DNA from: Cenarchaeum sp.
GTDB lineage: Archaea; Thermoproteota; Nitrososphaeria; Nitrososphaerales; Nitrosopumilaceae
Length of the DNA: 64,000 bases
Direction of reading: 5' to 3'
Assembly: GCA_965242695.1 (NCBI GenBank)
Contig: CBDESU010000001.1
Span: 1,280,001-1,344,000 of the forward strand
Below are positions 30,816 to 45,844 of the stretch, in pieces. The first letter of the stretch is position 1, and every line of letters begins with the position of its first letter. The notes under the pieces are model-generated. The model ran no database searches. It was not told the DNA's origin and saw only the letters and a program-made list of their open reading frames with translations. The position numbers and the translations under genes are program-made.

Positions 30816-32114
30816 ATGGACGACAAGACCTACGAGTCTTCAAGGGCCGCCATATCGGAAAAGGACAACGCGTACTTTGCGGCGCACGGGCTGGCCGATA
30901 TCCTGGGCGAAGTAGGGGCCGAGAGCGGCCGCAGTGCGATCCTCGCACTGGTGCGGCGCCTGGCCGCGGACGACTCGCGCGCGTTCCTGTTCCCCATCTC
31001 GGCGGGCCTGCGCGAGGCCGTCTCTGACGACGACGAGTTTGCGCGCGTAGCCAGCGGCGTGGCCGCCACGATGAGCCATAGGGTGTACCTGAGGCCGGTG
31101 GACGAGGCGCTGGTAGGGATGGGAAAGGACAGCCCGGCGACGGCGGCCGGCGCCGCGGCTCGCCTGGTCGGGCTCGGCGAGGCGTACTTTGCGGCGCACA
31201 TCATCGGCGGGGCGTACGGGGGCACAGGCCCCGAGTGCGACGGCCCGGTCGAGCGGCTATTCTCGTCGGGGAAGCCCCGGGATGCGGCAGCCGCCGTGCG
31301 GGCCCTCAGGATAGCGCGGCTCGAGCACGGCTCGCCGGACGCGGAGCGCATCAAGACCGCCGTCGGGCGCGCGCTGGCCCACGACGATGAAGAGGTGCAA
31401 AGAGAGGCCATGGAGGCCCTCGTAGACCTCTACCGCGGAGGCGATGCCGCCGCAGAGGGTATGATCGAGTCGCTGGTCGCCGGGCGCCGCCATTCCCGCC
31501 CCGCCCTGGCAGCCCACATCTTTGCCGACTCGCCGTTTGACGACGAAAAGAGCCTGCGCTACCTCAGGGCATGCATGGGGTACAAGAGCAGCAGGTACGT
31601 CCTCCACAGCTCGTACTGCGCCCTGGCAAAGATGGCCGAAAGGAGGCCCGGCGACGTGACCAGGATGCTCGTATGGATGTTCGGCAGCGGTTGGCATGAC
31701 GGTGCGTGGGCGGGTCTGGTCCTGGACGAGCTGGGCAGGAAGGGCGCTCCGGCCGCGGTCGCCGCCATCATGGAAGTGCTGCAGCGGCCGCATGACAGCA
31801 GGGTCGGCAGGCTCCTAGAGCCCGCCGTGGTGCGCATCGCGCGGAACGCCGGCCGCGGCGAAGTGGCGGGAATGGTGCTGCGCGCGAACGACGGGCAGCG
31901 GGGCGGGCGGGGCCCATGCCTGCGCATCCTGTCCCTGCTCGCGCACGAGGACTGGCGGGACGGGGGCGGTCCCGAGCTTGTCGAGGAGATAATGTCGCGC
32001 CTGTGCGCGCGCCCTGCGGCCGCGCCAGGAGGGGAGGGCGGCGCCGAGGCAGTCGACGGGCGCGTTGCCGAGCGCGCGCCCGAGCGCGTCGAGGCGCCGG
32101 CGCTGCCCGCGTAA
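30816..32114 (+). CDS. Alpha-helical (HEAT/ARM-like) hypothetical protein
   Basis: ATG 1 nt after the upstream stop. Ala/Leu-rich amphipathic helices such as 'ALAHDDEEVQREAMEALVDL'. Confidence 0.65.
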   Translation: MDDKTYESSRAAISEKDNAYFAAHGLADILGEVGAESGRSAILALVRRLAADDSRAFLFPISAGLREAVSDDDEFARVASGVAATMSHRVYLRPVDEALVGMGKDSPATAAGAAARLVGLGEAYFAAHIIGGAYGGTGPECDGPVERLFSSGKPRDAAAAVRALRIARLEHGSPDAERIKTAVGRALAHDDEEVQREAMEALVDLYRGGDAAAEGMIESLVAGRRHSRPALAAHIFADSPFDDEKSLRYLRACMGYKSSRYVLHSSYCALAKMAERRPGDVTRMLVWMFGSGWHDGAWAGLVLDELGRKGAPAAVAAIMEVLQRPHDSRVGRLLEPAVVRIARNAGRGEVAGMVLRANDGQRGGRGPCLRILSLLAHEDWRDGGGPELVEEIMSRLCARPAAAPGGEGGAEAVDGRVAERAPERVEAPALPA

Positions 32115-32263
32115 TACGACCCGTTTCGATCGCGGCCCTGCGGCCGGCTGGCGGCATTGGGATCGGCCTCCCTGCTGGGACTCGGGCGGGTGCGATCGCC
32201 TAGGCCGCCTAGACTTCACCCGCGCCGGCCGCCCACTCAGCGGGCTTTTGTGATCCCCCCCAC

Positions 32264-33733
32264 TCACCCCATCAGCAGGTACAGCCACAGCGGGATCAGG
32301 ACGATTCCTCCGCCGGCCTCGCCCATGTCCCCGCCAGACACGACGATCCCCATGCCCGTCCCGAACTGATCCGCAAACCTCCGGATCCCCCGCAGGTCCG
32401 ACTCTTTCACCCGCGCCCTGTACTTTGACTCGACGGGGAGCGCCCTCCCCCCGATCCTGACCACGGCGTCGACCTCGTCGCCCCTGCTGTTCCTCCAGTA
32501 GAACAGGTCCCCGCCCCACGCTGCCTCGTACGACGCGCCGAGGCGCATCGTATGGTCGCATACGGCCGCCTCGGCCACCCGCCCCGCATCGGCCGGATCG
32601 CCGCGCATGCCGCCGGCGGGCGCGCGCAGCGCGGCAGTGCGCGTGCCCGGATCGCCGACGTAGACCTTTCTTTCGGAGCGGGCCCGCACGCCGGGGTTGT
32701 CCGAGTACACCTGCGCATCGTGCACAATGTAGGCGGCCTTGAGCAGGTGCATGTAGTGCTTGGCCGTGCCCCTGTTGACTCCCAGATCCCTCCCCAGCCT
32801 GTTCGTATTGACGATCTGCGGCGACTTCCATGCTAGCATGGACAGCAGGGTGTCGATCGAGGCAGGATCCCGCACTCCGCCCGCCCTGACAATGTCCTTG
32901 TATATTGCAAGCTGGAGGTGGTCGGCGAGCATCGACCTCTTCCTGGCCGGATCGCCCTCGAGTGCGACGCCCGGGCGGCCGCCGTACTCTAGGTACTCGG
33001 ACAGGAGCGACCTCAGCTCGTCGGCCTGCGCGGCCAGCCCCGCGTGCGCCGACCTTGCAGCGACATGGAAGTCTTCCGCGCCTTTCCCGCCCAGCGCTGC
33101 CGCCAGCGCCCGCCGCATCTCTGCGCCGGCCCGGGCCGCGCCGCCGATGCCCTTGAGGGACGCGTACTCGGCAAACGACATCGGCATGACCCGCTGGTAC
33201 CTTATCCGCCCCACGAGCGACTCTGATGCTCCGCTGAGCATGCCGATGCTCGACGAGCCGGACACGAGGAACTTTGCGTTGCGGTGCAGGTCGACCCACC
33301 GCTTGAGGATGCTCTGCCATCCGTCCACCTCTTGGATCTCGTCGAGCATGACGTAGATCCTCTCGGTGATGCCGCCCGGCGGCTCCCTGACGACCTCGCG
33401 CGCGTACCACTCGAGCGCATCCAAGAGGTACCTCGCGCCGGACAGGAACGGCGGCTCGTCCAGCGAGATGTACATGATCCTCTTGGGATCGACGCCCCTT
33501 TCGGCCACCAGCCTTGCCGCCAGCTGCATCAGCATCGTCGTCTTGCCGGCCTGCCTGGCGCCGGCGACCGCATGCACCTCCCGATCATCAAGGCCGTCGA
33601 TCATGGCGCAAAGATCGTCCCTTGCGTATGCCGGCGCCCTTGACGGCGGGATCCCACCCCCCTCTGCCCACCACGGATTCTGGCCGCTTATGTTGTCGCC
33701 CAGCCTGTCGCTGCCAAATTCGCTCCCTGCCAT
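32264..33733 (-). CDS. AAA+ ATPase (AAA_14 + DUF4143 type)
   Basis: 'QNPWW', Walker A 'GARQAGKTT', 'LDEIQ', 'SGSSS', 'ESLVGR', 'RKVYVGDPG', 'EVDAVV...PVESK'. Confidence 0.9.
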   Translation of the reverse strand: MAGSEFGSDRLGDNISGQNPWWAEGGGIPPSRAPAYARDDLCAMIDGLDDREVHAVAGARQAGKTTMLMQLAARLVAERGVDPKRIMYISLDEPPFLSGARYLLDALEWYAREVVREPPGGITERIYVMLDEIQEVDGWQSILKRWVDLHRNAKFLVSGSSSIGMLSGASESLVGRIRYQRVMPMSFAEYASLKGIGGAARAGAEMRRALAAALGGKGAEDFHVAARSAHAGLAAQADELRSLLSEYLEYGGRPGVALEGDPARKRSMLADHLQLAIYKDIVRAGGVRDPASIDTLLSMLAWKSPQIVNTNRLGRDLGVNRGTAKHYMHLLKAAYIVHDAQVYSDNPGVRARSERKVYVGDPGTRTAALRAPAGGMRGDPADAGRVAEAAVCDHTMRLGASYEAAWGGDLFYWRNSRGDEVDAVVRIGGRALPVESKYRARVKESDLRGIRRFADQFGTGMGIVVSGGDMGEAGGGIVLIPLWLYLLMG

Positions 33734-33784
33734 GCCAGCGGACTGCAATGGATGCTTATACATCATACAGTATATTAGGTTACC

Positions 33785-33911
33785 GGCCATGGCGATCGCA
33801 TCGCGCAACGCGGCGCCCTCGGCGCAAGCGGTGGCGCGGACTCGGGCCATGGCGATCGCATCGCGCAACGCGGCGCCCTCGGCGCAAGCGGTGGCGCGGA
33901 CTCGGGCCATG
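33785..33911. repeat. 60-bp direct tandem repeat (2 copies + partial) upstream of the ATPase
   Basis: GGCCATGGCGATCGCATCGCGCAACGCGGCGCCCTCGGCGCAAGCGGTGGCGCGGACTCG at 33785 and 33845. Confidence 0.9.
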
Positions 33912-34560
33912 CCGCCGCCGCCAGCGGTGGCGGCCACCAGCATGCAGAAGATCAAAAAAGGGACGCACGTCGGGACGCGACCAGGTTGTGAGATCCGGCC
34001 GCCGCGCCACCGGCGCTGCCGCTTGGCCTGAAGCGCGCAGTGCGCCCCTTAAACGTTGCGGCGCACGGCAACGGATGTCTTACAAATGTATGACGTGGCG
34101 CGGCGCGGTTTAGAGCGCTGAACTGCGGCCGCACCGCGCCGCGCCGACGTTCGGCAGTGCGGCGGGCCGCTATACGATTTGAAGGAAAGGTAGGACGTGC
34201 GGGTTTGATTGTTGAGATCCGGCCCCCGCCATCCTCCATGAACATCAGGCCAGCGGCCACAATGGAAGGCAACTCTCGTCGCCGGCGTAGCCTAGCGTTG
34301 ACATTCATGCTACCTAGCCGACAGATGTATTTAAGCCCTACCTGACGGCCACGCGCGGCACGCGCCCGGCAGGGCGACGGCACGGCGCGCCGCCCCAGGC
34401 GCCCGCATGTCGGACCGCGTCAATGGTGGCCGGCCCCGCCCGCACCGCGGCTGGCCGTCATGAGATGGCGGCGCGGACGGGGCCTGACGGCCGGCCGCCG
34501 CCCCGCGCGGCACGGTATATCACTTGGCGACCTCCACCGCCCTCGGCCGCGGACCGTCAG

Positions 34561-34584
34561 AATGTCTTACAATTGTAAGACATT
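34561..34584. promoter_or_regulatory. Perfect 24-bp palindrome (putative operator) upstream of the RHH gene
   Basis: AATGTCTTACAATTGTAAGACATT; related copies at 34075, 42552 and 42852. Confidence 0.65.
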
Positions 34585-34609
34585 TAGCGCCCCCTAGCAG
34601 CGCGCGCCA

Positions 34610-35044
34610 ATGGCACAGAACAATCAGGTCTGGTCGGCGCGCCTGCCGATGACCACCATCGAGGCGGTCCGGCAGCGGGCCGAGGGGCGCCGCATATCCC
34701 AATCGGCGGCCATGGCCGAGCTCGTTGCGGATGCGCTCGACATGCGAGGACGGGACGGGCTGGAAACCAGGCTGGCCGCGGCCGAGGCAGAGGTCGCGGA
34801 ACTGCGGCGCACCATACGGCGGCTCACCGGACGGGACGCGCCGCGGCGGGTACGCGCGTCGCTCGGCATGACGGTCGCCGAGGCCGGCCTGCTCGACGAG
34901 GCCGCGCGACAGGCCGGCATGACCCGCGCCGAGTTTCTGCGGACGCGCGTGTTCGGCGAAAGTGCGGAACTCGGCGGCGGCGATCCAACGCGACAACCCC
35001 TCACCGAGCAGGTACGGCCGGCACTGCCGGTTGCGAAACAGTGA
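34610..35044 (+). CDS. Double ribbon-helix-helix (CopG/MobC-like) DNA-binding protein with a central coiled coil
   Basis: 'VWSARLPMTTIEAVRQRAEGRRISQSAAMAELV' and 'RASLGMTVAEAGLLDEAARQAGMTRAEFLR'. Confidence 0.7.
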   Translation: MAQNNQVWSARLPMTTIEAVRQRAEGRRISQSAAMAELVADALDMRGRDGLETRLAAAEAEVAELRRTIRRLTGRDAPRRVRASLGMTVAEAGLLDEAARQAGMTRAEFLRTRVFGESAELGGGDPTRQPLTEQVRPALPVAKQ

Positions 35045-35051
35045 CTGCCAC

Positions 35052-35066
35052 CCTTTTTCTTTTTTA
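35052..35066 (+). terminator. Oligo-T archaeal terminator
   Basis: CTTTTTCTTTTTTA right after the stop at 35044. Confidence 0.5.
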
Positions 35067-35218
35067 CAGGGCGCAAGCCCACAGGCCCTCCGGCGGGGGG
35101 TGCGTGGGCAAGATACGGCCGCGCCGTACATGGGCCGTCGAACGAGTAAAAAAACAAACTCGCCTCTGCGGGCACGTATATACAGATCCAAACCTACGCC
35201 AATAACAAACACCGTCTA

Positions 35219-39919
<4,701 letters not shown>

Positions 39920-40049
39920 CCCAGTGCGGCGCCACTGGGGGTATTTGAGGGGTGTCGTTCCGGGGCCTTGGCCGTAGGCGCCGCCGCGGCCGCCAAAAAA
40001 TTCAAGCCCGCGGCCCGCCGCCCCCGTCGGGCAGAAGGGCATACGACGC

Positions 40050-42131
40050 TCAAGCGGGCGGCGGGGGCGCGACGCACTCGACCAAGTACGTCGCATACTG
40101 TACGAGCTCCCCGCCGCCCATCAGCCCCGTCAGGCCGCCTAGGTTGATCCTAAACCACAGACTGCTACTGTCGCCGGGCGGCAAGCCGGGGGCCAGTGGG
40201 GCCGTCCCGTCCGCAGACAGGGCGGCGAATGAACGGGGGACGGCGGATCCCGCAGTGCTCAACTCGGTAAGCGTGGCCGGCAGGGCCGCGTGGCCGGCGC
40301 CGTATGGCGGGGCGCCCACCGGATCTATATACCACGGCGTCACACTGACCACGACGCCGGCGAGGTCTAGCGACCCCGTGTTTGTCAAGACCTGCACGGC
40401 CGAGGGCGACGCGGCGCCGGGGGCCGCGCGCACGTCAAGCGACGCGGAGGCCAAGCTGATCGAACATGTGTCCCCGTCCGTCGGAGTGCCGCCGCCGCCC
40501 CCGTTCGTCGGAGTGCCGCCGCCGCCCCCGTTCGTCGGAGTGCCGCCGCCGCCCCCGTTCGTCGGAGTGCCGCCGCCGCCCCCGTTCGTCGGAGTGCCGC
40601 CGCCGCCCCCGTTCGTCGGAGTGCCGCCGCCGCCCCCGTTCGTCGGAGTGCCGCCGCCGCCCCCGTTCGTCGGAGTGCCGCCGCCGCCCCCGTTCGTCGG
40701 AGTGCCGCCGCCGCCCCCGTTCGTCGGAGTGCCGCCGCCGCCCCCGTTCGTCGGAGTGCCGCCGCCGCCCCCGTTCGTCGGAGTGCCGCCGCCGCCCCCG
40801 TTCGTCGGAGTGCCGCCGCCGCCCCCGTCCGTCGGAGTGCCGCCGCCGCCCCCGTTCGTCGGAGTGCCGCCGCCGCCCCCGTCCGTCGGAGTGCCGCCGC
40901 CGCCCCCGTCCGTCGGAGTGCCGCCGCCGCCCCCGTCCGTCGGAGTGCCGCCGCCGCCCCCGTCCGTCGGAGTGCCGCCGCCGCCCCCGTCCGTCGGAGT
41001 GCCGCCGCCGCCCCCGTCCGTGCCGTTGCCCGGCAATCCAAGTATGAAGTTCAGCGTGCGGTTCTGATGGAACACCTGTATGCGGTGGTTGCCGGTGTCG
41101 GCGACGGCGAACGCGCCGCCGATCGCGCCGCCCGTGGCCTGGCTGGCCGCCGCCGGCGACAAGAACTCACCGGGGCCGGTGCCGTTCGATCCAAGACTAA
41201 AGTAGTGAATGGGGGGGTTGCCTATATTAAGCGCCTGGACGCGATGGTTGCCGGTGTCGGCGACAATTATATTAAGGCCATGTTGGACGTCAATAGACCG
41301 TGGGCCGTCAAACTCCCAGTCGCCGGTTCCGTGCGATCCCAGTGTGGGTTGAAAGTCCACCAGTGAGATCGGTCGGAAATTGGCAATGGGATCGTGAAGG
41401 AAGATTACAATGCGATCGTTCCCGGTGTCGGCGACGGCGACGATGGGGAAGCCGTCGAGGTGCATGGCGCCCGTGGGGCCGCTCAGGTTCCCATACCTGC
41501 TGTAGTTCTGGCCGGTGTCCAACACGCCGCGTGGAATGTCATGCAGGGCAAACTGGGCCGCGAAGGAGCCGTTGGTGCGAAAGACCTGAATGCGATCGTT
41601 TCCGGTGTCGGCGACCATGAACTCGCGGTACACCCAGTCATATGTGACACTCGCCGGGTACGAGAGCTCGCCGGGGCCGTCGCCGTTCGTCCCGAACTGG
41701 AAGGCAAAGGTGCCGTTGGGATGGAACACCTGTATGCGGTGGTTGCCGGTGTCGGCGACAAGTATCTCGTTGTATCTGCCCGTGTGGACGCCCACCGGCG
41801 ACCTGAACTCGCCGGGGCCGTCGCCGGGCTCAGGCCCGCCGATCGCATAGGCAAAGGTGCCGTTGGGATGGAACACCTGTATGCGGTGGTTGCCGGTGTC
41901 GGCGACGACGATCCTGCCGCTGCGATCATACATGAAAACGCCCTCCGGCGACCTGAACTCGCCGGGGCCGTCGCCGGCAACATAAACGGCGGCGGGCGGG
42001 CGCAACGGCAGCGGCGTGGACTGGGCATGGGCCGCATCTGGCGCCGCCGTGGCCAGCAAGAGCGCCGCAGTGGCCACCACCGCGGACGCGGCAAGTGGCA
42101 GGACCGGGCGGCGGGACGGGGCGCGCGACAT
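40050..42131 (-). CDS. Secreted NHL-repeat protein with a Gly/Thr/Pro stalk and a Cys-bounded C-terminal domain
   Basis: Signal peptide ending 'AAHA-Q', NHL repeats, (GGGGGTPT[N/D])n linker. Confidence 0.9.
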   Translation of the reverse strand: MSRAPSRRPVLPLAASAVVATAALLLATAAPDAAHAQSTPLPLRPPAAVYVAGDGPGEFRSPEGVFMYDRSGRIVVADTGNHRIQVFHPNGTFAYAIGGPEPGDGPGEFRSPVGVHTGRYNEILVADTGNHRIQVFHPNGTFAFQFGTNGDGPGELSYPASVTYDWVYREFMVADTGNDRIQVFRTNGSFAAQFALHDIPRGVLDTGQNYSRYGNLSGPTGAMHLDGFPIVAVADTGNDRIVIFLHDPIANFRPISLVDFQPTLGSHGTGDWEFDGPRSIDVQHGLNIIVADTGNHRVQALNIGNPPIHYFSLGSNGTGPGEFLSPAAASQATGGAIGGAFAVADTGNHRIQVFHQNRTLNFILGLPGNGTDGGGGGTPTDGGGGGTPTDGGGGGTPTDGGGGGTPTDGGGGGTPTDGGGGGTPTNGGGGGTPTDGGGGGTPTNGGGGGTPTNGGGGGTPTNGGGGGTPTNGGGGGTPTNGGGGGTPTNGGGGGTPTNGGGGGTPTNGGGGGTPTNGGGGGTPTNGGGGGTPTNGGGGGTPTNGGGGGTPTDGDTCSISLASASLDVRAAPGAASPSAVQVLTNTGSLDLAGVVVSVTPWYIDPVGAPPYGAGHAALPATLTELSTAGSAVPRSFAALSADGTAPLAPGLPPGDSSSLWFRINLGGLTGLMGGGELVQYATYLVECVAPPPPA
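40480..41020. repeat. 27-bp coding VNTR, about 20 copies (GGGGGTPTN/D)
   Basis: GTCGGAGTGCCGCCGCCGCCCCCGTYC tandem units. Confidence 0.95.
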
Positions 42132-42167
42132 GCCGGCGGCGGGCTAGCGCCTGCCTATAACTCCGTC

Positions 42168-43115
42168 GGGCGGCCGCCGGACGGCCGGCGGCGCAGCGCT
42201 CGGGCGGAGGCGGCGGCCGGAACGCGGCGGCCGCCGCACTGCCCTCGATCGGCGCGGGGCCCCCACCTAACAGGGCCCGGCATGGCGGCGGCGGCGGCGG
42301 CCGCCGAGGTCGGGACGGCCGCCGCACTGCCCTCGATCGGCGCGGGGCCCCCACCTAACAGGGCCCGGCATGGCGGCCGCCGCACTGCCGGCCGCACTGC
42401 CGGCCGCACTGCCGGCCGCACTGCCGGCCGCACTGCCGGCCGCACTGCCGGCCGCACTGCCGGCCGCACTGCCGGCCGCACTGCCGGCCGCACTGCCGGC
42501 CGCACTGCCGGCCCGGCCGGGCCCGCACGCGGCCGGACGTGCAGGCCGCGCATGTCTTACGTTTGTAAGACATTCGGGCGGCCGCCGGACGGCCGGCGGC
42601 GCAGCGCTCGGGCGGAGGCGGCGGCCGGAACGCGGCGGCCGCCGCACTGCCCTCGATCGGCGCGGGGCCCCCACCTAACAGGGCCCGGCATGGCGGCGGC
42701 GGCGGCGGCCGCCGAGGTCGGGACGGCCGCCGCACTGCCCTCGATCGGCGCGGGGCCCCCACCTAACAGGGCCCGGCATGGCGGCCGCCGCACTGCCGGC
42801 CGCACTGCCGGCCCGGCCGGGACCGCACGCGGCCGGACGTGCAGGCCGCGCATGTCTTACGTTTGTAAGACATTCGGACGGGGGCCGGACGGCCGGCGGC
42901 ACAGCGCTCGGGCCGGAGGCGGGGGCCGGAACGCGGCGGCCGCCGCCGAGGTCGGGACGGCCGCCGCACTGCCCTCGATCGGCGCGGGGCCCCCCACCTA
43001 ACAGGGCCCGGCATGGCGGCCGCCGCCGAGGTCGGGACGGCCGCCGCCAGTGCCGCCGCCGCACTGCCCTCGATCGGCGCGGGGCCCCCACCTAATCGGG
43101 CCCGGCATGGCGGCG
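42168..43115. repeat. Hierarchical repeat region: six ~57-bp repeats, a 12-bp VNTR (11 vs 2 copies) and two 22-bp palindromes
   Basis: GCCGCACTGCCCTCGATCGGCGCGGGGCCCCCACCTAACAGGGCCCGGCATGGCGGC at ~42233, 42321, 42641, 42729, 42963, 43058. GCCGCACTGCCG x11 at 42379-42510. Confidence 0.9.
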
Positions 43116-45844
43116 GCCGCCGGCGCCGGTGCAAGTCCGCCGCCGCCCCTGCACTGCCGAGGAGCCTGGCGGCGGCCGCCGCGTGGCGCGCCTCCTGCAC
43201 TCGCGCGAAGTTCGTGTGCCGGTCGGCGGCGGCCACCGCGTGGCGCGCGTGGGTCGCGGCCAAGTAAAAGCGCGGCTGGTCGGCGGCCTCTAGTGTGCCG
43301 AGGTCGCATGACTTGCGTATGATGGGGGTGGCCGCCGCCATGCCCAGCCGCAGTGCGGCGGCCGCCGCGCTCTCGGCCACACTGTCGGCCGCGACGGCGG
43401 CACGGGCCGCCGCGGCCGCGCGAGCCTCTGCGACCGCAATTAGTGCGGGCTGTTCGGCGGCGTGGTACATGTCGCCGACGTCATGGGCGAGTTCGGCCGC
43501 CTCGGCGTCGGCCGCATCGGCGGCCCTGTTTGCGGCGGCGGCCTTGTTTATCGCGTCCGTCGCGGCGTCGGCAGCCGCGGCGAGTTGCGCCGCCAGTGCA
43601 TCGTCGCCGCGGTACTCTGCATCGTCGCACTCCGAGCGGGCGCGCGCGGCGGCGTCGCCGGCATCTACAATTGCCGACACGCGCGCCGTATGTGCATGCT
43701 TGACGGCCGCCAGCCCACGCCCCGCCGACACATTGCCCGGGGCGATATGCCGGCGCCAGCCGCGCCGGACATGCTCTGGCGGCGACGCCGTGGCCTCCAG
43801 TTTGCGGAAGGCACGCTCAAGCTCCGCGTCACCCCCGTCTGGCGAGGCGGCGGAATTTTTTCGGGGCGCTGCGCCCTCGGCCCTGACGCTCAATGACGGC
43901 CGCCTCCCTGCTCGCGCTCGCAGGCGATCGGCAGGTCGCGCCGCAGGCACTCGGCCACTGCCGCCGTCATGCGAGCGTCGCCTCCTTTCTGGCCAGCGTC
44001 GCGACCGCGCTGCGAGCGGCCGCGGCCACATCAGAAGTTGAAAATGTACTCTGCCGGGCGCCGATCGCGGCCAGCAGGCGCCGATCGCGGCCAGCAGGCG
44101 CCGATCGCGGCATCGGCGCGGCCGCCCGCGCCCCCATGCTCAACTATTATTGACCACGGAGTCTGGCCGGCTTGAGCCAGGGGGTCAAATCAGTGGTGCG
44201 GCACGTGCCACCGGAGTCAGAATTGGTGGCACGCACCGTACACCGCAGAGAGCTCTCGAGAAGCGCTATTTGTATGGTTGGCGCGTTCATCGACACGCTC
44301 GGAATTACCTTTTCGGGCAACCACAACGCGCTGTACAGAAAGGAGCACTTCATTGCCGTCCTGCTACACATGTGCAAGGCAAGCATGACCGCGGCGCTGC
44401 CGCTGAGGACATGGATCTGACGCTTGGGCTGCCCCGCGTCCCCACATCGCAGTGGTTTCTGGGCAAGATCGCGGTCCTCAATCCCCACACGGTGGAGAAC
44501 GCGTGCTGGGGCATGCTGTTCAAGACGGTCCGGATTGCCATAGACAGCGGCCTGATGCCCATCCACCGCATACTCGTGGCGATCGACTATCACAAGATTC
44601 CGTTCACGGGAAAGACGAGGGACGAGAACGTGGTGCCCGGCAAGCCCAAGGGCGGCACATCCCGGTTCGAGGGGTACATGACGGCGCACCACGTCGGGCT
44701 GCCGGGCCTCTTGGCGCTTGCGGTGCAGCGCATCACTGCCGGCATGGAAAAGGCCGACTGCGTCGTTACCATGCTCTCCGCCATCGACAAGCTTGGGATC
44801 ACGGTGCGCATCCTCCTCATGGACAGCGAGTTCTGCACGGTGGCCGTAATGACGGCCGTCCACGCGCGCAAGCAGTGGTTCCTGGTGGCCGCCCCGCAGA
44901 ACAGCGGGATATCGAAGGCCATAGACAAGAGGATCCGAAACAAGCTCGACAAGGTCAGCTGGTACATCATGGAGTCGACCGACGGCAACGGGTTCATGTT
45001 CAACCTGGTGATCTTCAAGAAGCTGATCGTCGTTGACAAGAAGAGGACGTGGAAGTACGTGACGCTTGCGACCAACATGCCGCGCCGCGTGCTGATCAAG
45101 GAGCTCGACGGCCTGCTAGAGGTCTACGGCCAGCGCTGGACCATCGAGAACAACTACAAGTCAGTCGAGAGCTGCAGGGCGAAGACATGCAGCAGGAACC
45201 ACGCCAAGAGGACGTTCCTGTTCTACATGTCCCTGATCGAGTGCAACCTGTGGTACCTGACCAACCTTGAGCTCAAGGCATCCGTCAAGGGCGGCGTCCG
45301 GGCGAGGCGGCGCAAGGCCGCTTCCCTGCATGTCAAGCTCAAGGCGTTCATCGGCGGGATGGAGGGGGTACTCCTCAAGCTACTTCGCGAGGGATCCGCC
45401 TTCGAGCACAACCGCCAGAAGTGCGTCAAGTGGAAGTGCCATTGACGGGCATCTGGTGGCAGGCGCATCGCGCATCGCGCATCGGCGGTGCCGTTCCGGG
45501 GCCTGCATCTGGGCGCATTCAGGACCAAAAGCACGGACACCGAAGCGGATGCGGCGTCACGGGGATGCGATATCAGGATGCCGGGCCCTCATACCCCGAA
45601 AACCTGTGTACCTTTCGGGAATTTTTTCGGCGGCCGCGGGGGGAGCCGCGGCCGCGGGGAGCCGCAGCCCTACATTTTCAACTTCTGACATGGCGGTACT
45701 GCCGAGGTTGGGGCGGCCGACATATCGCGCGACCTGCGTGGGGCCGTGCCGGATCAGGTGGAGCTCATACGCGCGCTGCGAACTGCCGCCAATGTGGCGG
45801 CCGCAGACCTCGCAGACCAGATCGCGTGCAGGTGGCGGCGTCAT
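42763..45844 (-). pseudogene. C2H2-zinc-finger / Ala-rich helical protein split by the IS at 44032
   Basis: Removing the IS joins 'MTPPPARDLVCEVCGRHIGGSSQRAYELHLIRH...STAM' in frame to 'WPRPLAARS...' (ORF 42763..44031). The true 3' end is uncertain because it runs into the repeat region. Confidence 0.55.
44032..45687 (+). mobile_element. ISH3-family-like IS, type B; transposase probably frameshifted near 44390
   Basis: 17-bp IRs CAGAAGTTGAAAATGTA / TACATTTTCAACTTCTG and 4-bp target duplication ACAT. Motifs 'VAIDYHKIPFTG', 'LLMDSEF', 'YGQRWTIENNYK'. The likely N-terminus is in ORF 44172..44420 and the rest ends at 45445. Confidence 0.9.

Noticed and set aside
34150-34340. Possible small HicB-like remnant on the minus strand ('ELPSIVAAG') behind a TTAAATA box
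   Set aside because: Similarity is too short to support a call.
40480-41020. Possible CRISPR array
   Set aside because: Contiguous 27-bp units with no spacers, in frame within a protein gene.
42168-43115. Possible CRISPR array
   Set aside because: Repeats are ~57 bp, the intervening sequences are themselves repeated and very unequal in length, and there are no cas genes in the window.
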